From an uncultured Mageeibacillus sp. (GTDB lineage Bacteria; Bacillota; Clostridia; Saccharofermentanales; UBA5734), in contig CAZGSR010000006.1 of the NCBI GenBank assembly GCA_964528645.1, positions 10,142 to 74,141 on the forward strand: DNA of 64,000 bases, in the 5' to 3' direction. Below the pieces are notes generated by a model, which was given only the letters and a program-made list of their open reading frames with translations, was not told the origin of the DNA and made no database searches. Positions 26,594 through 35,731 of this stretch are shown here, in pieces. The stretch's first letter is position 1. Each line of letters begins with the position of its first letter. The position numbers and the translations under genes were made by a program.

Positions 26594-27139
26594 TCAGGTC
26601 TCCTTGTGTTTTTTGGGGGATGAGTCCCGGTTCAGGCCCAGTTTCTGCAGAGCCGAACGTTGCCGGCGCAGCATGGCTATTTCCCGCTCCGGTGTATCAT
26701 GGTCATAGCCAAGCAGATGGAGGAAGCCATGAGCAGCCAGGAAGGCGATCTCACGCTCAAAACTGTGTCCCAGCGCTTGTGCCTGTTGTTCAGCTTTTTC
26801 CAGGCAGATCAGGATGTCACCGAGAAAGACAGCCGGCTGCCCCAAAGAATAATCCAAGTCCGCTGCCTGCAATGGCTCGGTCAGTCTGCCATCGATCAGG
26901 TCTTGCATGGGGAATGACAGGACATCCGTCACTTTGTCGATGCCACGGGTAGCGGCGTTGATCCGGCGGATCTCCCCCCGGCTGACAAAGGTGACCGAGA
27001 GGGCACAGGTGTATCCCTTGCGTGCTGTCTGGCGGCAAAAGGATTCACTGGCTTCAAGTTCGCCCAGGACAGCATCCACCAGCTCTACGGCTGGACCGGT
27101 TGCGTATTTGCGTTGCTTATTGACGTACTGGATTTGCAT
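26594..27139 (-). CDS. ybeY: rRNA maturation endoribonuclease YbeY
   Basis: ORF trimmed to ATG 27139 (MQIQYVNKQ...). Zinc motif HGFLHLLGYDH. Confidence 0.9.
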   Translation of the reverse strand: MQIQYVNKQRKYATGPAVELVDAVLGELEASESFCRQTARKGYTCALSVTFVSRGEIRRINAATRGIDKVTDVLSFPMQDLIDGRLTEPLQAADLDYSLGQPAVFLGDILICLEKAEQQAQALGHSFEREIAFLAAHGFLHLLGYDHDTPEREIAMLRRQRSALQKLGLNRDSSPKKHKET

Positions 27140-29225
27140 CGGGGTATTTGACCCTTTCGTGGAAATGACCCGCATAGACTTGCAGGAACGAGGCGATGAT
27201 GGTTTCAATGTCTTTGAATGACAGGCCGGAATGGACCAGCTGGTCCTGTTCATTTTTAATCTTGATGATCCTGCGGATCAAGCTTTCGGCTGCCTCGAGC
27301 TGATGTGTGCTGGTTGATTTCATGGCAGCCTCGACCGAGTCAGACAGCATGACGATGGCGGATTCCCGGCTGGACGGGACAGGACAGCGGTAGCGGAACA
27401 GACTGGGATCTGGCTCTTGGGTCTCATTTTCCTCAGCCAGCCGCTTGGCTTTCTGGTAGAAATAAGCCTGCATGGTGGAACCATGATGCTCCTGGATGAT
27501 GTTGATCAGGGGTGATGGCAGGCGATAGCGGCGGGCAACCCTCACCCCGGCATCTGGATGTCCCAGGATGATCCGGGCGCTTTCGGCTGGATCCAGGCTG
27601 TCATGGGGGTTTTCCCCGGACTGGTTTTCAGTAAACATCAAAGGCGCTTCCAGCTTGCCGATGTCATGGTAATACGCACCGACACGGGCCAGGAGCGGAT
27701 TCGCCCCGACTGCCTCGGCTGCTGCGTCCGCCAGGTTGGCAACCATCATGCTATGCTGTGACGTGCCTGGTGCTTCGATGAACAACCGCCGCAGCAGCGG
27801 ATTGCCCGGCTGGGACAGCTCGATCAGGCGCAACGGCGAAACGGAATTGAAGATCATTTCGAATAGCGGCATGATGCCGATCGCGGCAATCACGGATATG
27901 GTCCCGCTGAGCGCGGTCACCGCGCAGTTGAGACTGATGGTCGGCCATTCCTCTTTGAGTAGGATGCCAAATGCCAGCGTTGTGATGAAATTCGTGCTGG
28001 CCGTGGCGATGATGATGTAGGCGTAGTTGTCCCGGCGGGAAATACCCTTGGTGAACAAGGCCGCAACACTGCTGCCACTCAAGGCAACCACGGCAAACAG
28101 CGGGTCGAATCCAGCCATGGGCAGGATGGCAATTGTCAGGATCAGTGCCATCAGGCTGGAGGTGCGGAAACCATAATAGGCAGCCAGCAGCACTGCCGTA
28201 AAATAGACCGGAGCCGCCAGGGGCTCGATCCTGGCTAATGCAGCAGACGCAACCAGCGGAATCAGGATCGCAACGATCAGGGCAATCCGGTTGTTGCGCA
28301 GGTGGATCGATTCATTTTCGTATTTTTTCAGATAGAACCAGGCGATAAAGGCCAGAGGCAAGAGCATCAGCAAAATGCCCAGCAAGTAGCGGAAATCAAA
28401 GCCCTCTTTTTCGATCAGGTCGAGTTCTTCCAGCAAATCGTACGTTTCACTGGTGATGACGTCGCCCTGGGAGATGATCCTCGCACCACGATTGATCAGG
28501 ACCGGATTGTTCTGGACCTTGTCATAGGCTGCCTGGCGGGCGTTTTCCGTGGCAATGGAATCATAAGCGATGTTGGGAACCAGGATCAGGCCCAGGACAT
28601 TACCGATCAAGGACACATCTTCTCGGTTGAAATTGGTCGTGTCGCTGAGCGATTCAATCCGGTTGCTCAAGGCTGAATTCAATGAATACGAATCGACCGG
28701 TTCACTCATGATCAGGGTGGCGATGGAACGGGCATGGCCACGGACGCTTCTGAATCGTTCCGGATCCATGCGCAGGAACGCCTCAAGGTCTTCCGAGGAG
28801 ACAACCAGATCCATTTCGCGGTCAAACTCCCGGACGAGTTCGGTCACTGTGTTTCGGATGGTCGCATCGGATACCGCTGGCTGGTCTGGATCCGCGTCAC
28901 TGCCTGGTTCGGGAAAAATCTCCGTCCGCCGGGCTGCCAGCTGGTCGAAAAACAGATCAAAACGCCCCATGACTTCGGCCACAATCGCTTCGGAACGGAC
29001 CACGACAATTTCCACATCTGCTGCAGCCTTGTTGGCCCGCTGATCCGTGGCTGACTTGTCGCGGATGCTGCGAGATGCGGAGATATCGTAAGGGCTGGTG
29101 TCACCAACCGTGAGCGGGTATTTCTCCGGAATCGATCCGTAATAGATCGCAGCCACTGCTATGATCAGAAGGACTGGAACCAGAAGATAGGTCAGAAAGG
29201 TCTGGATCTTCGCTGGAAGCTTCAT
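27117..29225 (-). CDS. pgpH: 7TM-receptor HD-domain phosphohydrolase (PgpH/YqfF type, cyclic-di-AMP phosphodiesterase family)
   Basis: 702 aa. Extracellular N-domain, seven hydrophobic helices in the middle, and a C-terminal HD domain (YYHDIGK, QEHHG). Sits in the conserved phoH-pgpH-ybeY-era context. Confidence 0.85.
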   Translation of the reverse strand: MKLPAKIQTFLTYLLVPVLLIIAVAAIYYGSIPEKYPLTVGDTSPYDISASRSIRDKSATDQRANKAAADVEIVVVRSEAIVAEVMGRFDLFFDQLAARRTEIFPEPGSDADPDQPAVSDATIRNTVTELVREFDREMDLVVSSEDLEAFLRMDPERFRSVRGHARSIATLIMSEPVDSYSLNSALSNRIESLSDTTNFNREDVSLIGNVLGLILVPNIAYDSIATENARQAAYDKVQNNPVLINRGARIISQGDVITSETYDLLEELDLIEKEGFDFRYLLGILLMLLPLAFIAWFYLKKYENESIHLRNNRIALIVAILIPLVASAALARIEPLAAPVYFTAVLLAAYYGFRTSSLMALILTIAILPMAGFDPLFAVVALSGSSVAALFTKGISRRDNYAYIIIATASTNFITTLAFGILLKEEWPTISLNCAVTALSGTISVIAAIGIMPLFEMIFNSVSPLRLIELSQPGNPLLRRLFIEAPGTSQHSMMVANLADAAAEAVGANPLLARVGAYYHDIGKLEAPLMFTENQSGENPHDSLDPAESARIILGHPDAGVRVARRYRLPSPLINIIQEHHGSTMQAYFYQKAKRLAEENETQEPDPSLFRYRCPVPSSRESAIVMLSDSVEAAMKSTSTHQLEAAESLIRRIIKIKNEQDQLVHSGLSFKDIETIIASFLQVYAGHFHERVKYPDANPVRQ

Positions 29226-29228
29226 CTG

Positions 29229-30188
29229 TCAGCCTCCTTTGCTGTTTTCGTGTTCATAGGCCTTGATGATCCTCTGGACCAGGGCATTACGGACGACGTC
29301 ACGCCGGGTCAGCTCGACAAAAGCAACGCCCTCAACTTCGGACAAGATCTTGCGGGCCTCTTTCAAACCAGATTTGCGATCACCTGGCAAATCGATCTGG
29401 GTGATATCTCCTGTGATGACGGCCCGGGAATTGAATCCCAGACGGGTCAGGAACATTTTCATCTGCTCGGGTGTGGTGTTCTGGGCTTCGTCGAGGATGA
29501 TGAAGGCCTCATCCAGCGTGCGGCCACGCATATAGGCCAGGGGCGAAACTTCGATCAGGCCCTTTTCCAGATTTTTCAGGTATTGCTCCGGGCCCATGAG
29601 CTCATGCAGGGCATCGTAGAGAGGGCGCATATACGGGTCGACTTTGTTCTGCAGGTCGCCTGGCAGAAAGCCCAGCTTCTCCCCAGCTTCGACGGCAGGC
29701 CGGGTCAGGATGATCCGCGACACATCGTGGGAGCGGAAGGCATTGACGGCCATGGCGACAGCGAGGAAGGTCTTGCCGGTTCCAGCTGGGCCGATGGCAA
29801 AGGTCACTTCGTGGTCCCGGATGGCTTGGACGTACTGGCGCTGGCCAAAGGTCTTGCTCTTGATCGGTCGACCCTTGGCTGTGACAGCAATCGAATCCGG
29901 CGCATAGTGAGTGACTTGTTCCAGATTGCCATCCCGGGCGGTGTCCGTCAGGTAGGTCACCAGCTGGAGATTGACTGGATGGTTTTCCCGTGCCAGTTCG
30001 ATCAGCCGCTCCAGCACAGCCACGGCCTTCTCCAGATCCAGGCCATCACCCGTAACCGCAAAGCCTCCGGAGACCAGTTCGATCCTGACCCCCAGCATCT
30101 TTTCAATCACATCAAAATGGCTGTTGAAACTGCCCGCGACGGCCTGGGCGATTTCTGGCCGGTCCACCATCAACTGTTTTTCCATCAT
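29229..30188 (-). CDS. phoH: PhoH-like ATPase (YbeZ)
   Basis: 319 aa. Walker A GPAGTGKTFLAV. PhoH family throughout. Confidence 0.92.
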   Translation of the reverse strand: MMEKQLMVDRPEIAQAVAGSFNSHFDVIEKMLGVRIELVSGGFAVTGDGLDLEKAVAVLERLIELARENHPVNLQLVTYLTDTARDGNLEQVTHYAPDSIAVTAKGRPIKSKTFGQRQYVQAIRDHEVTFAIGPAGTGKTFLAVAMAVNAFRSHDVSRIILTRPAVEAGEKLGFLPGDLQNKVDPYMRPLYDALHELMGPEQYLKNLEKGLIEVSPLAYMRGRTLDEAFIILDEAQNTTPEQMKMFLTRLGFNSRAVITGDITQIDLPGDRKSGLKEARKILSEVEGVAFVELTRRDVVRNALVQRIIKAYEHENSKGG

Positions 30189-30210
30189 CCGTTTGCCACA
30201 CTCCGTTCCA

Positions 30211-30933
30211 TTACTGCCCGGTTGTCTTTGGCATCAACAAGTCAATTTTAAATGCCAGACTGTCTTCGCTCAAGGCTGGAATATACAGTTCCTTGACAGG
30301 CTGGAACACGATTTCGTACTGGTCATTGCGCAAGGTGGCATCAGACAGCACTGATTTTTTCAAAGTATCGAGATACGACAGGATATAAGCCTCTTTGCTG
30401 GGATCAGTGATCGCCCGGATGGAAAAGGTTCCCTGGCGGTTGTAACCATTGCCATTGATGATGATCGACGAAGCAGTCGCCCGGATTTCCGAGGTGGCCA
30501 CCAGTCGTTCATCGTTGACGGAAACAGCCTGGGCACCGAGCGCTCTGAGGTCATTGACAAAGGTCCTGATCACACTGTCACGGATCAGGCTTTCCGGCGA
30601 ACAGCTGATATCGATCTGGATGCCATAGTTGTTGACTTCCCTCAGACCGGCAAAAATGGCCAGGCGTTCTTTCTCCTTGATGATCGACTCGATGCTGGCA
30701 CTGCCCTGGGCATAGTCATTTTCCAGCTGGGATATGTATTGGTAAAGCTCCGCATTGCGGGTGTTCAGCTCCGCGTTCTTGTTAGCCGTGTCAATCAGCT
30801 TGTACTGCAATTCCTCCAGTTTATCAGCTGTCACGGTGTTCTCGTTGACATTTTTCATCTGCAAAGCGATTAAAATTCCGAGAACCATGCAGATGATGGT
30901 CATGGCAGTATATTGGACCATCCTGGTTTTCAT
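30211..30933 (-). CDS. DUF881 membrane protein (YlxW/YlxX-like)
   Basis: 240 aa. N-terminal TM helix, a coiled-coil segment, and a C-terminal DUF881-like core. Paired with a paralogue immediately upstream. Confidence 0.7.
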   Translation of the reverse strand: MKTRMVQYTAMTIICMVLGILIALQMKNVNENTVTADKLEELQYKLIDTANKNAELNTRNAELYQYISQLENDYAQGSASIESIIKEKERLAIFAGLREVNNYGIQIDISCSPESLIRDSVIRTFVNDLRALGAQAVSVNDERLVATSEIRATASSIIINGNGYNRQGTFSIRAITDPSKEAYILSYLDTLKKSVLSDATLRNDQYEIVFQPVKELYIPALSEDSLAFKIDLLMPKTTGQ

Positions 30934-31706
30934 GCGGCCGGAACCTCCAGTTTATCAATGTATTGGCTGAGATTACCTGCTCCGGTATATGCCGGGCAAG
31001 TCACTTGATCCGATGGTTCGATGCTGACGACAAGCCCGATTTCCGGCGTCTGGCGCAAACTGAGCATCGGATCAATCTGGACACCCAGTGCCATGGCCGC
31101 TGGATCATGGCCGATAGCCCGGATGACATAGGGTGGGGTCAGGCGCTGCATATTGCACAGAATGGTCGGACCAATGCAGAAGATATAGGACGCATTGGTG
31201 ATCCTCTGGTCATTGACTGAAAGAGCTGCCGCACCGGATGATTTGAGCAGCTCGAGCACATGGCGGACATCACTGTCATGGACAATGGCATCAGCGGAAT
31301 CCCGGATCACATCAAAGCCTGGTTTGTCATTCAAAGTCACGGTGACCCCTGGTCCTGTTACGTCGGTCAAACCAGCCAGAATCTGCATGCGCTTGAGTTC
31401 ATCCATCAGGCCCGGCTCTCCTTCCTGGCTCAGGACGCGGGCAATCGTTTCTTCCTTGACTTCGAGCAGGCGGGCATTTTCTGCTTTCAGGCTATCATAC
31501 TGAGCTGTGGCGGCAGCGAGCTCTTCCTGGCGAGATTTGTACAGCGATGCCAGGTTGTTCTGTTCTCTGGTTTTGTTGACCATGGTTACGTGATTGGTCA
31601 CGATGACGCCAAACAGGAACAAGAGGATAAACAGGAACAGGCTCTGGCGCTTCCTTGGTGTCTGCCAGAGGCCGAAGCCTGTGGAAAGTCCCAGTTTTAC
31701 CTGCAT
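30930..31706 (-). CDS. DUF881 membrane protein (paralogue)
   Basis: 258 aa with the same architecture. Motif GPGVTVTLND is typical of DUF881. 4-nt overlap with the downstream paralogue. Confidence 0.7.
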   Translation of the reverse strand: MQVKLGLSTGFGLWQTPRKRQSLFLFILLFLFGVIVTNHVTMVNKTREQNNLASLYKSRQEELAAATAQYDSLKAENARLLEVKEETIARVLSQEGEPGLMDELKRMQILAGLTDVTGPGVTVTLNDKPGFDVIRDSADAIVHDSDVRHVLELLKSSGAAALSVNDQRITNASYIFCIGPTILCNMQRLTPPYVIRAIGHDPAAMALGVQIDPMLSLRQTPEIGLVVSIEPSDQVTCPAYTGAGNLSQYIDKLEVPAA

Positions 31707-32611
31707 TGACGGACTGCTTCCAGAAACGACTGGGGCAAGGGACTCTCAACCACCAGGGTCTGGTGAGTCACTGGATGCACAAAGGAAAGTCGTGAGGCGT
31801 GAAGAACTTGGCCAGACTGGCCAAAAGTCGGCCGGCCAGGGGCATAGACCGGATCACCAATGATGGGATGGCCGATGTACTGGCAATGGACACGAATCTG
31901 ATGCGTGCGACCTGTCTCCAGCTCCACTTCGAGCCAAGTTGCCTTGTCCAGACGTTCGATGACTTTGAAATGGGTGACGGCAGCCTTCCCATCCGGGACA
32001 ACTGCCATCCGCTGGCGGTTTTTCGGATCTCGACCGATCGGGGCCTTGATGGTTCCTTCGTCTGCCAAAACCGTTCCATGGACCAGAGCCTGATACGTGC
32101 GCCGGATCTCGTGGCGCCGGATCCGCTCGGCTATGACCTGATGGACAGAATTATCCTTGACCACCAGAAGTAACCCTGAGGTATCCTTGTCAATCCGGTG
32201 GACAATCCCAGGTCTGATCACACCGTTGAGGTCGGACAGCTGGCCCTGGCAATAGCTGAGCAAAGCATTGACCAAGGTACCGCCGGAGTGGCCGGGAGCG
32301 GGATGGACAACCATGCCCTGCGGCTTATCAATGACCAGGATAGCGTCATCCTCATACCGGACTACCAGCGGAATCTCCTCTGGCCGGACTGTGGAATCAA
32401 CCGGATCTGGCAACTCGACCTCAACGATTTGGCCAGACTTAGGTTTGAAAGATGGCTTGACCGTTTTGCCGTCAATGCGCACATTCCCCTGGTCGATCAG
32501 GTTTTTCAGGAACGCGCGCGAACGCAGCGGGATTTTTTCAGCAAGCCAGGCATCCAGACGAACGTTTGCCTGCCCAGTCTGTTCATAGGTCCATTCAAGA
32601 AGTTCCATCAA
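31697..32611 (-). CDS. rluD: 23S rRNA pseudouridine synthase, RluD subfamily (S4 domain plus RluA core)
   Basis: 304 aa. S4-like N-terminus (RLDAWLAEKIP..SRAFLKNLI). Catalytic VHRIDKDTSGLLLV. HQIRVH. Confidence 0.9.
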   Translation of the reverse strand: MMELLEWTYEQTGQANVRLDAWLAEKIPLRSRAFLKNLIDQGNVRIDGKTVKPSFKPKSGQIVEVELPDPVDSTVRPEEIPLVVRYEDDAILVIDKPQGMVVHPAPGHSGGTLVNALLSYCQGQLSDLNGVIRPGIVHRIDKDTSGLLLVVKDNSVHQVIAERIRRHEIRRTYQALVHGTVLADEGTIKAPIGRDPKNRQRMAVVPDGKAAVTHFKVIERLDKATWLEVELETGRTHQIRVHCQYIGHPIIGDPVYAPGRPTFGQSGQVLHASRLSFVHPVTHQTLVVESPLPQSFLEAVRQCR

Positions 32612-32622
32612 AGCGCCTCATT

Positions 32623-33117
32623 CTATGACAAGTAGGTTTGCTTTCTGGTAAACAGGCTGTCCTGATCCTTGTCAAAGAGGACAAATAGAGAAAGCAGGAT
32701 CGTCCCGACGACCAGGCAGATGTCTGCCAGATTGAACGTCGGAAAAACATAGGAACCAAAATGGAAGTCCAGGTAATCCAGGACACCACCATCGCGCACC
32801 CGGTCGATCATGTTACCGATCGCCCCGGCAGCCATCAGGGACAGGACGGCCTGGTAACGTTTCTTGCGAATGGCAAGGGTCAGGACCACCAGAACCAGGG
32901 ATGCAATCGCGGAAAGAATCGACAAGACGATGATCCCCCAGGACTGGTCTGCCAGAAAACTCCAGGCAGCTCCGGTGTTGCGGCGGTTGACCAGATAGAA
33001 AAAAGAATCAATGACAATTTTGTACGTGTCGCCCGGCAAGTGGCGGATAACCAGACTCTTTATGAGCTGGTCAGCGACTGCCAGTGCTGCAATGATCAAG
33101 ATCCAGACCATATCCAC
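32623..33117 (-). CDS. lspA: Lipoprotein signal peptidase (signal peptidase II)
   Basis: 164 aa, four hydrophobic helices, motifs NTGAAWSF and FNLADI. Confidence 0.92.
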   Translation of the reverse strand: MDMVWILIIAALAVADQLIKSLVIRHLPGDTYKIVIDSFFYLVNRRNTGAAWSFLADQSWGIIVLSILSAIASLVLVVLTLAIRKKRYQAVLSLMAAGAIGNMIDRVRDGGVLDYLDFHFGSYVFPTFNLADICLVVGTILLSLFVLFDKDQDSLFTRKQTYLS

Positions 33118-34778
33118 AATCCCTCAATTCCAAGATAAGGTTGAGCAGTCGTCGGCTGGCATTGGCCGATGACACGGTCTCCGTAAGCGATCGCGGCTTC
33201 ACTTTGCAGGATGCCTCCGCTGGAAACCGAAAAGAGCTGTTCGATGAGCTTCTGGCGATACTGGCTGGACAGCGCTTCTACATCTGCTTCACTCTGGGGC
33301 AAGCCATGGCCCAGATACTTGAAAAACGGCCAGCCCGCTTCCAGTACACTTTGACTATCATCATAACGGTTTACGCCATCATCCGGCAATCCCTCGGTAT
33401 CTGGCTGTGACAAGGCGTCATGGGAAGTAAAAAACCAGGAAGGTTCGGCAGACAGTGGAATCTCGCGTACCCGGAAGGCCAGGTCAAATGACTTTAAAGC
33501 CAATTCGGCCGCAAAATCAGCCTCGGACAAGGCCACTATATCGGAAGGTTGGCCGGCTTGCTCTAACCAGGATGCAGCTTGCTGTGCCAATTCCATCAGG
33601 ATGTCCTGGTTTTCCGGTACCAGAATGCGCAGACGTCCGCTTTTCAAATTCAGAAGCGCTGCCGGATCAGGCATGGTTGAAAGGGTCATCTGGGAAGCTT
33701 CGGGACTTGCCAGTCCGTTTTGGATCAGACGATCCGGCCACACTGGAGCAAGGTCCAGAGGCTGGCCGAAAAAACAGGCGTGGAAAGGTGGAACCGGAAC
33801 ATCACTGGCTTGCCCTGGCAGGACCAAACCTGATCCTGACCAGCGCGCAGCCCGCAAGAAATACTTGTATCTGAGCTGGTCGACCGGGTCAGAGATGGAA
33901 TCACCCAGCGTGAAATAATAATAGGAACGGCTGGTAAATCGGTCCAGGCGCAGGCTGCTGCGCATCTGGTACTGGTACAAAGCCTCAGTCGGCAGAAAAG
34001 CGAGATCGAGTTCATCGTCTTCCAGTCCGCGCATCGCTTGTATGGCCGATGGGTATGTCTTGACGAGGATCTTTTCCAGACGCTCCTGTATCGCAGGTGC
34101 CAATTCCAGCCGTGCCAGATAGAGACCTTCCTCTGCCAGGCCATCCATCTGGAAGGCTCTGGTCCCCTGCCAGATGCTGCCAGATGGCAGGGATACTTCG
34201 CTGGCTTTCAATACTGGAAAGGTCAAGGCATGAAGAAACGCCGGATCTGGCCGTGACAACTGCAAAACCATCGTTTGCGCATCGATCAGTCGTCCGCTGG
34301 AATAAGCTGATAATGCATCCGCATAAGGGGACAAAGACCCCAGTTGCTGGATCTCGCCGAGGGTGGCCAATACGTCACTGGCTGTGACCGGGCTTGAATC
34401 ATGGAAGTGGATATCTTGCCGCAAGGACAAAGTCAGCTGCAGGCGTTCTTCACTGTATGCAAAAGTCTGGACCAGTTCCGGCTGCAATTGCCAGGTGGAA
34501 TCCGTCTGGAACAATTGACCGAAAACCAGCGAATAGACGGCCCTGCCACTGGGGCTAGCCGTCAGCAAAGGATTTTCCGGCAACGAGTAATCCCACCACA
34601 GGCGCAAGGTCCCGGAAGGTCCTTTGTCCGGGGATACCGGCTCGGTAGTCACTGGGTCTGTGAGACCAGTCGTCCCGGAGCTGACTTGGGCTGGAGCCAC
34701 ACGGGAACATCCTGCTGCCATAGGCAGACACAGCAGGATCACCAGCAGGATGCGAATGGGAACAAGATGCATGATCAT
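33096..34778 (-). CDS. Lipoprotein resembling family-5 (peptide/nickel type) ABC substrate-binding proteins; no transporter genes nearby
   Basis: 560 aa. Signal peptide with lipobox LPMAAGC. Region YSLVFGQLFQTDSTWQLQPELVQTF...LSLRQDIHFHDSSPVTASDV matches the SBP_bac_5 N-terminal pattern. Confidence 0.6.
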   Translation of the reverse strand: MIMHLVPIRILLVILLCLPMAAGCSRVAPAQVSSGTTGLTDPVTTEPVSPDKGPSGTLRLWWDYSLPENPLLTASPSGRAVYSLVFGQLFQTDSTWQLQPELVQTFAYSEERLQLTLSLRQDIHFHDSSPVTASDVLATLGEIQQLGSLSPYADALSAYSSGRLIDAQTMVLQLSRPDPAFLHALTFPVLKASEVSLPSGSIWQGTRAFQMDGLAEEGLYLARLELAPAIQERLEKILVKTYPSAIQAMRGLEDDELDLAFLPTEALYQYQMRSSLRLDRFTSRSYYYFTLGDSISDPVDQLRYKYFLRAARWSGSGLVLPGQASDVPVPPFHACFFGQPLDLAPVWPDRLIQNGLASPEASQMTLSTMPDPAALLNLKSGRLRILVPENQDILMELAQQAASWLEQAGQPSDIVALSEADFAAELALKSFDLAFRVREIPLSAEPSWFFTSHDALSQPDTEGLPDDGVNRYDDSQSVLEAGWPFFKYLGHGLPQSEADVEALSSQYRQKLIEQLFSVSSGGILQSEAAIAYGDRVIGQCQPTTAQPYLGIEGLWIWSGS

Positions 34779-35557
34779 TCCCGGATCAGGATCCGCTCGA
34801 TGGCTGTGGCCCGGCCAGTTGCCGGATCGGCCGTGATCACAACAGCCGAAAACTGGCCTTTGCCACCGGCTGCTTCGTAGGGGGCAGGCAAGTGGTCCAC
34901 CAGGCGGCGCAGGGAGGATGCCGGATCCATGCCAATGACTCCTTCGACCGGGCCTGTCATTCCGATGTCGGTGATGTAGGCAGTGCCCCGGTCCAGGACG
35001 CGATCGTCTGCGGTCTGGACATGGGTATGTGTCCCCAAAACCGCTGTGACCCGTCCATTCAAATAATAGCCAAGTGCCATTTTCTCCGCCGTGGCTTCTG
35101 CATGGAAATCAACGACGATCAATGGCACTTGAAGATCCTGTCTGGTCTGCTGCAGCACCTGGTCCATGGTGGTGAAAGGATCATGAAGGGGTTCCATAAA
35201 GACGCGCCCGAGCAGATTGGCAACGAGCACCTTGCCGGCCGGATGGTGGATCACTTTGAATCCACGGCCAGGCCAGCTGGCAGGACCATTGGCGGGACGA
35301 ATAACCTGGGGCAACGTGTCGATCCGTTCTACCAGTTCGCGCCGGAACCATGTATGGTTTCCCAGGGTGATCAGGTCCACCCCCATGGCTGTGATTTCAT
35401 TGGCCAGCCGGGGTGTCAGGCCCAGGCCAGCGGCTGCGTTTTCGCCATTGGCCAGGCACAAGTCGATACCATGGCGTTTTTTCAGTTCAGGAAGTTTTTC
35501 TTTCAGCATCCGCCGGCCCGTAGAACCGACCAGATCGCCGATCATCATGATTTGCAA
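34775..35557 (-). CDS. ymdB: YmdB-family metallophosphoesterase (2',3'-cyclic-nucleotide 2'-phosphodiesterase)
   Basis: 260 aa. Motifs MMIGDLVGSTGR, ANGENAAAG and GNHTW. Conserved position downstream of rny. Confidence 0.9.
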   Translation of the reverse strand: MQIMMIGDLVGSTGRRMLKEKLPELKKRHGIDLCLANGENAAAGLGLTPRLANEITAMGVDLITLGNHTWFRRELVERIDTLPQVIRPANGPASWPGRGFKVIHHPAGKVLVANLLGRVFMEPLHDPFTTMDQVLQQTRQDLQVPLIVVDFHAEATAEKMALGYYLNGRVTAVLGTHTHVQTADDRVLDRGTAYITDIGMTGPVEGVIGMDPASSLRRLVDHLPAPYEAAGGKGQFSAVVITADPATGRATAIERILIRE

Positions 35558-35583
35558 ATCAACTGTCCTCCAGTCATCCGCTG

Positions 35584-35612
35584 ATTATAAAGCAAATCTG
35601 GTTAAAAATCGA
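35584..35612 (-). promoter_or_regulatory. Candidate ymdB promoter
   Basis: Minus strand TATAAT at 35589-35584 with a weak -35 (TCGATT, 17-nt spacer). Lies between the rny terminator and the ymdB start. Confidence 0.35.
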
Positions 35613-35664
35613 GTTTTGAGCACCCTGACGGCTTGTTCCAAGGCATCTGTCTCAGGGACCAGAC

Positions 35665-35690
35665 ATAAAAAAGCGTCCCTTGCGGAACGC
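35665..35690 (-). terminator. Intrinsic terminator after rny
   Basis: Minus strand GCGTTCC-GCAA-GGGACGC followed by TTTTTTAT. Confidence 0.75.
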
Positions 35691-35731
35691 TCTTCTATGT
35701 CTGTTTTGTTGTTTTCAATTGCGATTTTTTG

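Noticed and set aside
29250-30251. 333-aa plus-strand ORF, one of several long antisense ORFs (also 42200-43270, 15327-16229, 6500-7366, 49764-50597, 59209-59940, 24203-24925, 25651-26328, 35729-36154)
   Set aside because: Each lies entirely antisense to a gene with strong family motifs (phoH, dxs, carB, miaB, lysC, crtO/crtP, helicase, era, rny). They have no recognisable domains and low-complexity, Arg/Gly/Asp-rich composition. This is typical of stop-poor antisense frames in GC-rich coding DNA.
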